Origin: Christensenellaceae bacterium
Lineage (GTDB): Bacteria; Bacillota; Clostridia; Christensenellales; Borkfalkiaceae
Assembly: GCA_045639245.1 (NCBI GenBank)
Contig: JAZUCS010000011.1
Span: 4,380 to 68,379 of the forward strand
Reading direction: 5' to 3'
DNA length: 64,000 nt
The notes under the pieces were generated by a model that saw only the letters and a program-made list of their open reading frames with translations, did not search any database and was not told where the DNA came from. Below are positions 45,852 to 55,381 of this stretch, piece after piece (position 1 is the stretch's first letter; each line of letters starts with the position of its first letter). Both the position numbers and the translations under genes were made by a program.

Positions 45852-46673
45852 ATGAAAGTACTAATTCACGTTAATCCTGATAAGGATATAGGTGGTGTAA
45901 GCTTAAAAACGCTTATTAAAAGTCTAAAAAAACATAATATTGAATATTTGGTCGCAGGTATTGAAGATTCTGTGGAAAATGACGATTATTCTGCACTTTT
46001 TGTTATCGGTGGAGACGGGACTATTCTAAGAAGGACGGAATATGCAAACAGTAATTCTGTGCCAATAATTGGCATTAACGGTGGAAAGCTTGGCTATCTT
46101 AGTGAGTTTGAGCGTTCCGAGATTGAGGAAGCTGTTGATTTATTTGTTACAGGCAGGCTAAAAAAAGATTGCAGGGCAACCTTCTCCGTTATGCTTGACG
46201 GTAAAGAATATTTGGCGTTAAACGACGTCGTTGTTCAAAGATTGTATGCAGATAACAAAGGTATGATTATTGGTGTGCAATTCTTTATTGATGGGAACAA
46301 GATTGATACCGTTGTTGGAGACGGTGTTATCGTTGCAACGCCAACTGGTTCGACAGCTTATTCCTTATCTGCTGGTGGGGCTATTTTAACGCCAGGTATA
46401 AATGCTTTTTCAATTACGCCAATTGCCGCTCACTCTCTTGGACAGAGACCTGTTGTTTTTTCATCAGATTCAGAATGCGTGCTAAAGGTGGAGGATAATT
46501 TTAGCGCAGGGCTTTTTGTTGACGGTAAAATGATTAGGACTTTGAGTGGTGGAGAAGAAGTTTTTATTAAGAAAGCCGAGAACGATACGGTTTTTTTAAG
46601 AAGAGAAAAATCGAATTTTTACAAGAAACTTTCGGAAAAATTATTTAATAGGAATATGGGGAAAAATGACTAA
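45852..46673 (+). CDS. nadK: NAD kinase
   Basis: 273 aa. Contains the GGDGTILR motif, NDVVV and ATPTGSTAYSLSAGG. Confidence 0.9.
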   Translation: MKVLIHVNPDKDIGGVSLKTLIKSLKKHNIEYLVAGIEDSVENDDYSALFVIGGDGTILRRTEYANSNSVPIIGINGGKLGYLSEFERSEIEEAVDLFVTGRLKKDCRATFSVMLDGKEYLALNDVVVQRLYADNKGMIIGVQFFIDGNKIDTVVGDGVIVATPTGSTAYSLSAGGAILTPGINAFSITPIAAHSLGQRPVVFSSDSECVLKVEDNFSAGLFVDGKMIRTLSGGEEVFIKKAENDTVFLRREKSNFYKKLSEKLFNRNMGKND

Positions 46674-47109
46674 GAAAGATAGGCTGAATTATATTAAAAG
46701 GGTAATATTTGAAGAGGAAATTTCCACTCAAGAAGAGCTTACCGACGTTTTGAATAAAGCAGGTTTTGACGTTTCTCAAGCGACCGTTTCTCGCGACATT
46801 AACGAGCTTAACCTTGTAAAAGTTGAGGGTGTTAATAAAAAGTTTAGGTATCATTTACCAGAAATTGCTGGTGAAACTCCTCAAAAAATTATTGATTTAT
46901 TTAAGAACGTTACAACTTCTATTGATTGTGCAAATAATCTTATCGTTGTTAAAACGCTAGCCGGTAATGCAGGTACTGCAGGAATGGCTATTGACCACAT
47001 GAAAATTCCTAGCGTTCTTGGAACAATTGCAGGTGACGACGTATTATTAATTATAGCAAAAACAAACGGTGACGCAGAAGTTATCGTTAAAAGTTTAAGG
47101 ACCATGTAA
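46666..47109 (+). CDS. argR: Arginine repressor
   Basis: 147 aa. Winged helix with TQEELTDVLNKAGFDVSQATVSRDI, and a C-terminal GTIAGDDVLLI oligomerisation and Arg-binding segment. Confidence 0.88.
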   Translation: MTKKDRLNYIKRVIFEEEISTQEELTDVLNKAGFDVSQATVSRDINELNLVKVEGVNKKFRYHLPEIAGETPQKIIDLFKNVTTSIDCANNLIVVKTLAGNAGTAGMAIDHMKIPSVLGTIAGDDVLLIIAKTNGDAEVIVKSLRTM

Positions 47110-48806
47110 TGCTTAAAAAAATTTCCGTTAAAAATTTCGCGTTAATAGATTGTGCTGAAATTATATTTACCGAGGGCTTTAACGTTTTGTCTGGTGAAAC
47201 TGGTTCGGGTAAGTCTATCGTGCTAGAGGCTCTTAATTTTGTTTTGGGTGCTAAAGCCGATAAAAACCTTATAAGAAGTGGCGAGACTGAATGTTTGGTC
47301 ACTGCCGAGTTTGATTTGTCTTCTGCTTCGTGGGCACAAGAGGTCTATTCTGAACTGGATTATGAGTTTGACGACCTTTTAATTATTTCTAGAAAATTTA
47401 ACGAGGCAGGTAAGAGCACGATAAAAATTAACGGCAACTCTGCAAACGTATCTATTCTAAAGAAGTTTACCCTCCATTTAGTTGATGTTCACGGGCAAAG
47501 TGAACATTTTTCCTTACTTTCGCAATCAAATCAAATGGCGCTGCTCGATAAATTCGGTGGTGAAGAACTCCTTAAGGTCAAGGGTGAAATATCAAAAAGC
47601 TTGGTTGAATATAAGGTCGTTCGAGAGGAGATTGATATACTCGGTGGAGAAGAGAGTCAGCGCCTAATTAGGCTTGACGTCTTATCGTATCAAATTAACG
47701 AGATTGAAAAAGCTGCAATTTACGAGGGTGAGGAAGAAAACCTTTTATCAATTAAAGATAAGTTAAAACATCAAGAAAAGATTGTAAACGCTCTTTCTTC
47801 CATTAAATATTCTTTGTGTAGCGAGGGTGGTGCTTCTGACGTTGTTTCTAGTGCCGTTAAGGAGGCTTCTTTAATTTCTTCCTTTGGGGATGAGTATGCA
47901 AGTCTTTATGATAGGCTATCTTCTGTTTATTCTGAAATTGACGATATAGCCTCAACTTCTGAAAATTTATTAGAGGCTTTTGAATTTTCTGAGTATAATC
48001 TTGAAGAAATCGAAGAAAGACTAGATTTGATTAAGAAAATCAAGAAAAAATACGGAGACAATTTTGCAGAAATTACTGCGTTTTTAGATAATGCATTAAA
48101 AGAAAGAGATAGACTTGAGAACTTTTCTACGCTGTTTGAAAATTTAATTAATAAAGAAAAAACGTTAAAAGTAGATTTGTATTCTAAATATCTTTCCTTA
48201 AGAAAAATTAGAGAGAAAACTTCCGAAAAGCTATCAAAAAACATTGCTTGTGAGTTGAAAGAGCTTGGAATGAAGGGCGCTAAATTTTCGGTGCAGTTTT
48301 CCGAAGTGCCGAATATTGATGATTGCAGGTTTGACGGTATGTCGTTTGATAGCGTACAGTTTTTGTTCTCTGCAAATATTGGCGAACCTCTAAAGCCTTT
48401 GTCAACCGTTATTAGTGGTGGTGAAATGAGTAGGCTTATGCTTGCAGTTAAGGTTCAAACGGCTAAGTGCAATGATATTTCTACCTTTGTTTTTGACGAG
48501 ATAGACGCTGGTATTAGTGGTAACGTGGCAAAAATCGTTGGCGAAAAGCTTGTGAAAATTTCTAAAGACGTTCAAGTGATTTCTATTTCGCATTTACCAC
48601 AAATTGTTTCGTTTGGAGATAATAACTTACTTATTTATAAAACTGTTGAAAACAATAATTCCTTTACAAGGGTTAAAGCATTAACTAAAGACGGAAAGGT
48701 TGAGGAAATTTCTAGGCTTATCGGTGGAGATATGCATTCTAAATCGGCAAGGGAGCATTCGCTTGGAATTATTGAGCAAGCCGATGCATTCAAGGGTGCT
48801 TTATAA
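47109..48806 (+). CDS. recN: DNA repair protein RecN
   Basis: 565 aa. Walker A SGETGSGKS, a long coiled-coil middle, C-terminal signature SGGEMSRLMLA and Walker B VFDEIDAGISG. Confidence 0.92.
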   Translation: MLKKISVKNFALIDCAEIIFTEGFNVLSGETGSGKSIVLEALNFVLGAKADKNLIRSGETECLVTAEFDLSSASWAQEVYSELDYEFDDLLIISRKFNEAGKSTIKINGNSANVSILKKFTLHLVDVHGQSEHFSLLSQSNQMALLDKFGGEELLKVKGEISKSLVEYKVVREEIDILGGEESQRLIRLDVLSYQINEIEKAAIYEGEEENLLSIKDKLKHQEKIVNALSSIKYSLCSEGGASDVVSSAVKEASLISSFGDEYASLYDRLSSVYSEIDDIASTSENLLEAFEFSEYNLEEIEERLDLIKKIKKKYGDNFAEITAFLDNALKERDRLENFSTLFENLINKEKTLKVDLYSKYLSLRKIREKTSEKLSKNIACELKELGMKGAKFSVQFSEVPNIDDCRFDGMSFDSVQFLFSANIGEPLKPLSTVISGGEMSRLMLAVKVQTAKCNDISTFVFDEIDAGISGNVAKIVGEKLVKISKDVQVISISHLPQIVSFGDNNLLIYKTVENNNSFTRVKALTKDGKVEEISRLIGGDMHSKSAREHSLGIIEQADAFKGAL

Positions 48807-48837
48807 ATAGTGTGTAAAAGCTTAATGTAGCAACAGA

Positions 48838-48870
48838 CAAAAAAGTCAAATTTTTATTTGGCTTTTTTTG
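48838..48870 (+). terminator. Rho-independent terminator after recN
   Basis: AAAAGTCAAA (48841-48850) pairs with TTTGGCTTTT (48857-48866) with one G-U pair, followed by a T-run. Confidence 0.6.
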
Positions 48871-48917
48871 TATATTTTTTTTCTTTATTCTCAAAATAAC
48901 TTTTATCGGTGCATAGA

Positions 48918-49895
48918 ATGAGAAAAAAGTTTTTATTAGTTATTGGAATATTTGTAGTGTCGCTATTTACTGGCAATATATATAATGTTAAGGCTGACAA
49001 CATAAAATATTACTTAGGAGGCATGTCTGCAGGTATTGAGCTTGTTACGAGGGGCGCTTCAATTGTCGGTGTTGGCGAGGTTGTTACGAGGGAAGGGGCT
49101 GTTAGTCCGTCAAAAAAGGCAGGGGTTATCCCTGGGGACATTATTCTTAGTATTGATTCGTTTGAAGTAAACGACGCTGTAGACGTGGAATTTGCCCTTA
49201 AAAATGGCAAGGAAAAACACTTGGCTATCTTGAGGGGCGAAGAAATTATTAATTTAATTATTACTCCCGCTTTAGACCTTTCTGGAAATTACAGACTAGG
49301 TGTTTTTATTAAAAATGGGATAAATGGAATAGGTACGATTACTTATTTTTCATCAAATAATAGGTTTGCGTCACTTGGACATCCTGTATTTGTTAACGAG
49401 AAAATAGCTGAAGTAAAAAAAGGCACGCTATATACTTGTAGTATAACTGGTTATACGCAAGGAGAATATGGCAAACCGGGTGAATTAAAAGGCGTTTTCT
49501 TAAAAGAAAAAAAGCTTGGTGTGATTGATAAAAATGCAGACAACGGCATTTTTGGTAATTTGAATAAAGGCTGTGAGTGTTTGGGGCTAATGGAGATTGA
49601 ATTGGGTGAAGGGAGAATAGGTGAAGCTAGTATTTACACGACGATTGATGGTGTAGCTCCAAAAGAATACTCTATATCAATTGTTAAAACGGATACAAGA
49701 GCTGGTAATCTTAAGAATTTTGTTATAAAAATTAACGATAAGCGCCTTATTGAAACGACTGGTGGAATTGTGCAGGGAATGAGTGGTAGTCCAATTGTGC
49801 AAGACGGCAAACTTATTGGTGCAATTACACACGTTTTTACAAACGACCCACTTCGTGGGTTTGGCATATCGATAAGCAATATGATTGTTAGTTAA
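48918..49895 (+). CDS. spoIVB: SpoIVB peptidase (S55) with PDZ domain
   Basis: About 325 aa; the ATG at 48918 is preferred and the GTG at 48909 is possible. Signal anchor, PDZ segment (GVIPGDIILSID) and catalytic region GIVQGMSGSPI. Confidence 0.85.
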   Translation: MRKKFLLVIGIFVVSLFTGNIYNVKADNIKYYLGGMSAGIELVTRGASIVGVGEVVTREGAVSPSKKAGVIPGDIILSIDSFEVNDAVDVEFALKNGKEKHLAILRGEEIINLIITPALDLSGNYRLGVFIKNGINGIGTITYFSSNNRFASLGHPVFVNEKIAEVKKGTLYTCSITGYTQGEYGKPGELKGVFLKEKKLGVIDKNADNGIFGNLNKGCECLGLMEIELGEGRIGEASIYTTIDGVAPKEYSISIVKTDTRAGNLKNFVIKINDKRLIETTGGIVQGMSGSPIVQDGKLIGAITHVFTNDPLRGFGISISNMIVS

Positions 49896-49981
49896 TATCA
49901 AGCGAAATCATACAAGATTATGTCTAACATAATGTATAAAAATATTTATTAATACAGAAAATATTTGCATAAGGAGATATT

Positions 49982-51163
49982 ATGAGAAGAAGATTTTCTG
50001 TATTTTTTATTTTTCTTGCATTGACCTTTTTTATGAGTTCGTTATTTATTGGTGTTAAGCACAAGGTGTTTGCTGATAGCGAAATAGAAAATAGTATTTC
50101 GTTAAGCAGTAAGTCTGCAGTATTACTTGACGCAAACTCAAGAAAGGTGATTATAGCTAGAAATGAAAAAGAAAAAAGACCTATTGCTAGTATGTGTAAG
50201 GTTATGACGCTTTTACTTTGTTTTGAAAGTATGGAAAGGGGCGAGTTTAATGAGTATGATTTAATACAAGTTAGTACTTCAGCTTCTTCAATGGGTGGTT
50301 CACAGGTTTTTCTTGAGGCTAATGCCGAGTATTTAGCTGGGGATTTAATAAAGAGTATTGTAGTTGCATCTGCAAACGATTCTTGCGTTGCTATGGCTGA
50401 AAGAATTTCAGGAAGTGAAACTTTATTTGTTGAAAAAATGAATGATAGAGCTAAGGAGCTTGGTATGAAAAACACTCTTTTTGTAAATTGTACAGGGCTT
50501 CCAAAAGCTGGACAGTATTCAACGGCAGAAGACGTTTCAATTATGTTTGGCGAACTTATTAAGCATAATAAATATTTTGATTATTCTTCTATCTGGATGG
50601 ATAAAATTGAACATCCACAGGGTAGATATACTGAAATATCTAACACAAATAAGCTTATTCGATTTTATGACGGTTGTGACGGTGGAAAAACGGGATACAC
50701 TTCAGAGGCTGGGCACTGTTTAACGGCTTGTGCAAAAAAAGGTGAAATGAGGCTAATTTGTGTTGTAATTTCTTCGCCCGATTCAAAAACTAGGTTTAAG
50801 GAAGTATCTTCAATGTTTAATTATGGTTTTTCAAATTACGTAAATAAGCTAATTGTTGATGATGCAGTTCCTGTTTCAGAAAAATTTTCGGTGTTAAAAG
50901 GGGAAAAGGATAGTGTAGAAGTTATTCCCTCTGCGCCTATTTTCAAGTTTGCTAAGATTAATGAGAAAATCTCTGTAGAAATTGTAATTAATGGTAACGA
51001 CAGAATAGTTGCACCTATTAAAAAAGGCGATATTCTTGGTGAAGTTTGCGTTTATGAAAATGGTGTATTAATTGCAAAAGCAGACCTTTTAGCCTTTGAG
51101 GACGTAGGGCGTAAAACTTTTTCTACTGCAGTTGACGATGTTGTTGGTAATTGGACTTTGTAG
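49982..51163 (+). CDS. D-alanyl-D-alanine carboxypeptidase (S11, DacF/DacB-like)
   Basis: 393 aa with a signal peptide. SMCKVMT (SxxK), SANDS (SxN) and KTGYT (KTG). Confidence 0.85.
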   Translation: MRRRFSVFFIFLALTFFMSSLFIGVKHKVFADSEIENSISLSSKSAVLLDANSRKVIIARNEKEKRPIASMCKVMTLLLCFESMERGEFNEYDLIQVSTSASSMGGSQVFLEANAEYLAGDLIKSIVVASANDSCVAMAERISGSETLFVEKMNDRAKELGMKNTLFVNCTGLPKAGQYSTAEDVSIMFGELIKHNKYFDYSSIWMDKIEHPQGRYTEISNTNKLIRFYDGCDGGKTGYTSEAGHCLTACAKKGEMRLICVVISSPDSKTRFKEVSSMFNYGFSNYVNKLIVDDAVPVSEKFSVLKGEKDSVEVIPSAPIFKFAKINEKISVEIVINGNDRIVAPIKKGDILGEVCVYENGVLIAKADLLAFEDVGRKTFSTAVDDVVGNWTL

Positions 51164-51263
51164 AGGATAAATCAACTAGTGTTTTCTTATATTTTTAATA
51201 AAATGCCTTTTAATAATTGACTAGGTTGATAATATTTGGTAATATTAATTTAAGGTATTTATT

Positions 51264-52568
51264 ATGAACGAGAGAAAAACATTAAAAATTAACAATCAAA
51301 ATCATTTAGAGATTGGTGGAGTAGACACCACTGTTCTTGCACAAAAATATGGCACCCCTTTATACGTTGTGGATAAAACGTACGTTAAGGAAGTGTGCAG
51401 AGCATATTCTAGCACTCTTCTAAAGGAGTATGGAAATGGAATTATATCCTATGCTTCTAAAGCTTTTTGTTGTAAGGATATGATTAGGACGGTAAACGCT
51501 GAAGGTTTAGGTATTGACGTTGTTTCGATGGGAGAGCTTTATACGGCTTTAAGCGTCAATTTCCCTGCAGAAAAGATTATATTTCACGGAAACAATAAGA
51601 CTTTTTCTGAGCTAAATTATGCTATTGAAAACAACGTTGGTTTAATTGTTGTCGATGCATATTCTGAAGCTAACGATATTGATAAAATATGTCTAAGAGT
51701 GGGTAAGAAGCAAAAGGTTTTAATTAGAGTTAATCCCGGTGTTGAAGCGCATACTCACCACTATATTCAAACGGCAAAGCCTGATTCAAAATTTGGTTTT
51801 TCTACTGAGGGTGATGATGCTATCAACGTTATTAAACACGTTTTATCCTTTAAGAATTTACAGCTTGAAGGGCTTCATTGCCATATAGGTTCCCAAATTT
51901 TTGAGGAAAAGTCCTTTATTATTGCCGTTGATAAAATGATTGAATTCTACAAGAGAGTAAAAGCTGAAACTGGTGCAGAGTTTAACGTGCTTGACGTTGG
52001 TGGTGGATTTGGTATCTATTACACGGGTGAAGATAAAAAAATGTCTTTAGAAGATTATAAATCGTTTATTTCAACAATAATTAAAACCTTAAATGATAGG
52101 CTAAATATTGCTAAAATTAAAAAGCCCTATCTTATTCTAGAACCAGGTAGGTCAATTATCGGGGAAGCGGGGATAACCTTATATACTATTGGTAGAATAA
52201 AGGAAATTACCGGCTTAAAAAATTATCTCGCTATTGATGGAGGCATGTTTGACAACCCTAGATTTGCGCTTTATCAAGCTAAATATTCTGTTGTGCCTGC
52301 AGAAAATATGAATGCGATAAAGCAAAAAACTTATACCTTAGCTGGAAAGTGTTGTGAAAGTGGAGACGTTATTGCGGAGGACGTCTTATTGCCAGAAATG
52401 AAAGAAGGGGAGCTTGTTGCCGTCCTTTCTACTGGTGCATATAACTATTCAATGGCAAGCAATTATAATCGCAATGCCGTGCCACCTGTAGTTATGGTTG
52501 AGGAGGGCAAAGATTACCTTGCCGTTAAGCCACAAACCCTTGAAGATATAGTTAGGAACGACGTGTAG
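51264..52568 (+). CDS. lysA: Diaminopimelate decarboxylase
   Basis: 434 aa. YASKAF (PLP Lys), HCHIGSQI, DVGGGFG, EPGRSI and CESGD. Confidence 0.92.
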   Translation: MNERKTLKINNQNHLEIGGVDTTVLAQKYGTPLYVVDKTYVKEVCRAYSSTLLKEYGNGIISYASKAFCCKDMIRTVNAEGLGIDVVSMGELYTALSVNFPAEKIIFHGNNKTFSELNYAIENNVGLIVVDAYSEANDIDKICLRVGKKQKVLIRVNPGVEAHTHHYIQTAKPDSKFGFSTEGDDAINVIKHVLSFKNLQLEGLHCHIGSQIFEEKSFIIAVDKMIEFYKRVKAETGAEFNVLDVGGGFGIYYTGEDKKMSLEDYKSFISTIIKTLNDRLNIAKIKKPYLILEPGRSIIGEAGITLYTIGRIKEITGLKNYLAIDGGMFDNPRFALYQAKYSVVPAENMNAIKQKTYTLAGKCCESGDVIAEDVLLPEMKEGELVAVLSTGAYNYSMASNYNRNAVPPVVMVEEGKDYLAVKPQTLEDIVRNDV

Positions 52569-52581
52569 TTTTTAAGTTTGA

Positions 52582-52611
52582 AAAACGCTTAAGCCTTTTA
52601 AGCGTTTTTTC
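52582..52611 (+). terminator. Rho-independent terminator after lysA
   Basis: AAAACGCTTAA pairs with TTAAGCGTTTT around a GCCT loop, followed by TTC. Confidence 0.75.
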
Positions 52612-52649
52612 TTGATTTTTAGGGTTTTTTATTATATAATAATAAAAGT

Positions 52650-53312
52650 ATGATGGATGAGATTCTTGATTTAATAGCAACTTTTCTTGCTTTATTAATA
52701 GTTTTGCCGGTGCACGAGTATGCGCATGCGCTAGTTGCCGTTAAGTGTGGGGATGATACGCCTAAGTTTAACGGGAGGCTAACGTTAAACCCAATGGCGC
52801 ATTTTGACGCAATTGGTTTAATTATGTTTGTTCTAGCTAAATTCGGCTGGGCAAAGCCAGTGCCTGTAAATCCGAACAATTATAGGAAATATAAACTACA
52901 TTCCTTTTATGTTGCTGGAGCAGGTGTCCTTGCAAACTATATTTTAGCTTTTATTGCTTATCCACTTTTTATTTTATCTTTTTACATTCCTAACTTCGGA
53001 TATTTTACCGACGTGCTCAGAATGTCGCTTTTGTATATTTACTCAATGAGCTTGAATTTTTTTGTATTCAATCTAATTCCACTTTATCCGTTAGATGGGT
53101 TTAGGCTTATTGACAGTTTTTCCAAAAAGACAGGCAAACTTTATCATTTAATAAGGAATTACAGTGTTTATATTTTAACAGGGCTGTTTATTCTTGGGAT
53201 AATTGCAGATGCTACTGGGCTTTGGTTTATTGATATTTTAGGAATAATTATTAGCTATGGCTCAATGTATTTGGGAATGCCTATTACTATGTTCTGGGGG
53301 ATAATATTCTAA
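52650..53312 (+). CDS. Site-2 protease family (M50) membrane metalloprotease
   Basis: 220 aa. HEYAHAL (HExxH) in the first helix and FNLIPLYPLDG (NxxPxxxLDG) later. Polytopic. Confidence 0.82.
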   Translation: MMDEILDLIATFLALLIVLPVHEYAHALVAVKCGDDTPKFNGRLTLNPMAHFDAIGLIMFVLAKFGWAKPVPVNPNNYRKYKLHSFYVAGAGVLANYILAFIAYPLFILSFYIPNFGYFTDVLRMSLLYIYSMSLNFFVFNLIPLYPLDGFRLIDSFSKKTGKLYHLIRNYSVYILTGLFILGIIADATGLWFIDILGIIISYGSMYLGMPITMFWGIIF

Positions 53313-54082
53313 TGGCAGAATTTGAATCAACTGTTGATTATTCAACAAAACTTGATAATTTTGAAGGACCTTTAGATTTATTACTTCACTTAATTAAGGA
53401 AGCTAAAATAGAGATAAAGGACGTTTTTGTTTCCGACGTTACCGAGCAATTCCTTAAATATATGGATGGGCTTGATGTTTTAGACGTTGATAAGGCTAGC
53501 GAATATCTTAATATGGCAGCTACCTTACTTGAAATTAAATCTAAGTCACTGCTTCCTAGAATTGAGGAGTTTGACGATGATTACGAGGACCCTGAGGAAA
53601 TGATTAAACGCCGTCTTGAAGAGTATAAACTCTTTAAGGAGGCGAGCGAAAAGCTTAAACTTCAAGAAAACGTTGAGCGTTTTTATAAGGAACCCGATAA
53701 ATCTGTTGGTGACGTTAGAATAGTTTATAGTGATTTTAATTTAGATGGACTTATCGATGCTTTTTCCAAACTTTTAATGAGGGTTGACGATAAAAAAAGG
53801 CAGGAAAACGTTCTAAAAGAAATACCTAAAGAAGTGTTCACGGTTAAAGATAAAGTAGAACATATCAGATCGGTTTTATTTGAAAAAAAATCTGTAAGCT
53901 TTTTTGAGCTCTTTTCCGGCTATTATTACAGAAACGAGCTTATAACCACCTTTCAAGCTATGTTAGAACTTTTAAAACTTCAATACGTTTCTGTTGAACA
54001 AGGTGGTGTTTTTGACGATATAACTATAACATTGAGGGATGATAGGAATGAAGAACTTGGAGAAATTGACGAATATAATTGA
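53312..54082 (+). CDS. scpA: Segregation and condensation protein A
   Basis: 256 aa. LDNFEGPLDLLLHLIKE start and the typical ScpA kleisin C-terminal winged helix. Confidence 0.9.
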   Translation: MAEFESTVDYSTKLDNFEGPLDLLLHLIKEAKIEIKDVFVSDVTEQFLKYMDGLDVLDVDKASEYLNMAATLLEIKSKSLLPRIEEFDDDYEDPEEMIKRRLEEYKLFKEASEKLKLQENVERFYKEPDKSVGDVRIVYSDFNLDGLIDAFSKLLMRVDDKKRQENVLKEIPKEVFTVKDKVEHIRSVLFEKKSVSFFELFSGYYYRNELITTFQAMLELLKLQYVSVEQGGVFDDITITLRDDRNEELGEIDEYN

Positions 54083-54806
54083 ATCTGTTTTGTTCGTTTC
54101 GGGCACGCAGGTTTCCGTAAAGGATATTGCCGAAAAGCTTGAGGTTTCCGAGGCAGACATTAAAAAAGCCGTTAAGGTTTTATCGGAGAAATACGGAAAA
54201 GATTGTGGCATTCACTTGCTAACCTTTAATAATAAGTTACAGTTTTGTTCTAACCCTGACTATGCAGAAGCTGTGTCTGGAGTTTTAAATCCGATTAAGG
54301 AAAGGGAGCTTTCTAAGAGTATGTTAGAAGCTGCCGCTATTATTGCTTACAAACAACCCGTTACAAGAATTGACCTTGAAGAAATTAGGGGAGTTAACAG
54401 TGAATACGTTATACAAAAACTTCTCGAACTTGGTATTATTGAGCCTGTTGGAAGAAAAGATGCAGTTGGTAGACCTGTGCTTTTTGGAACTACAGATAAT
54501 TTTTTGAAACGCTTTCAAATTTCTTCACTTGATGAGCTTCCTGATTACGAGGACCTTGTTAATAAAATTAGCTTATTAAACGCAAATACTTCTGATAGTG
54601 ATTATCTCTATAAAAAAGATGTGTATATTGAAGAGGTTGCGGTTACTTCTGATTATGGTAGCGTTGCTAATGAAGAAATTGCATGCGAAAAGCAACCCAC
54701 CGTTAAAGAGACTAAGGCTGAGATTAAAGATGATTTTATACTTCCCGACATATCGGAGGAGGAAGTTCCTGATTTCCTAAAAGGGGAAGAGGTTGACAAG
54801 TTTTAA
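54048..54806 (+). CDS. scpB: Segregation and condensation protein B (with long acidic C-terminal extension)
   Basis: The ATG at 54048 lies 9 nt after GAGGG. Contains IIESVLFVSG, AAIIAYKQPVTR..LEEIRGV and GRPVLFGTT. About 60 extra C-terminal residues compared with typical ScpB. Confidence 0.88.
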   Translation: MKNLEKLTNIIESVLFVSGTQVSVKDIAEKLEVSEADIKKAVKVLSEKYGKDCGIHLLTFNNKLQFCSNPDYAEAVSGVLNPIKERELSKSMLEAAAIIAYKQPVTRIDLEEIRGVNSEYVIQKLLELGIIEPVGRKDAVGRPVLFGTTDNFLKRFQISSLDELPDYEDLVNKISLLNANTSDSDYLYKKDVYIEEVAVTSDYGSVANEEIACEKQPTVKETKAEIKDDFILPDISEEEVPDFLKGEEVDKF

Positions 54807-54833
54807 TAAAAAAGAATATTTAATACTTTTATG

Positions 54834-54880
54834 CAGATATTAAAATAGTGTTAAGTGCTATTTTAATATCTGTTTTTTTT
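54834..54880 (+). terminator. Strong rho-independent terminator after scpB (perfect 15-bp stem plus T8)
   Basis: CAGATATTAAAATAG (54834-54848) pairs perfectly with CTATTTTAATATCTG (54858-54872). The loop is 9 nt and T8 occupies 54873-54880. Confidence 0.7.
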
Positions 54881-55381
54881 ATTATTTTTCCGCTTTTTTT
54901 TAGAGTGTACGTTTTTTATGGTAGAGAAGTTAATAGACTGTTTTTTACAATTACTTTGTTTGGTGTCGTTAAGGTGCTTTATGGCAAAATATATGTAAAT
55001 TCCAGTGGAATAGTGGTGGACTACAACAAGAAAAAACGTAAAATTATCAGATTAAATTTGTGTGAAATAAGAAAAAATGGTATTAATAAGTTTTCTGGGT
55101 ATCATCTCTTAGAGATGCGTTCTCTTGTGGAAATTGGTGGGGTAAATGCTGAAAAACTATTTATAATTACCTGTGTTTTAAATGGTGTTAACAATCTTCT
55201 TGGAGATGTTTTTACTAGTAGAAAACACTATGTACAGCTTGATAATAATATAAATGTTTACCTAGATAAAAAAGTTATTAACGTTTATTTAAAACTTAGT
55301 CTAGTAATTAATTTGCTTACTTTAATAGTTAATTTAGTTAAAAATTTTATAAGGAATAAAATATATGATAAAATTTCGTAA
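54848..55381 (+). CDS. DUF2953/YtfI-like sporulation membrane protein (start uncertain)
   Basis: 177 aa. N-terminal TM helix, then alternating beta-like segments (RVYVFYGRE, LFFTITLFGVVKV). Sits directly upstream of the ytfJ homologue as in Bacillus. The GTG start lies inside the scpB terminator stem. Confidence 0.5.
   Translation: MLSAILISVFFIIFPLFFRVYVFYGREVNRLFFTITLFGVVKVLYGKIYVNSSGIVVDYNKKKRKIIRLNLCEIRKNGINKFSGYHLLEMRSLVEIGGVNAEKLFIITCVLNGVNNLLGDVFTSRKHYVQLDNNINVYLDKKVINVYLKLSLVINLLTLIVNLVKNFIRNKIYDKIS

Noticed and set aside
49896-49981. Possible forespore-type (sigma-F/G-like) promoter upstream of the dacF-like gene (TCATAC ... CATAATG)
   Set aside because: Spacing and match to the consensus sequences I recall are too loose to call without a position-weight-matrix scan or transcript mapping.
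49924-50475. 183-aa minus-strand ORF overlapping the DD-carboxypeptidase gene
   Set aside because: It lies antisense to a gene with clear SxxK/SxN/KTG motifs, has no RBS or motif, and begins inside the upstream promoter region.
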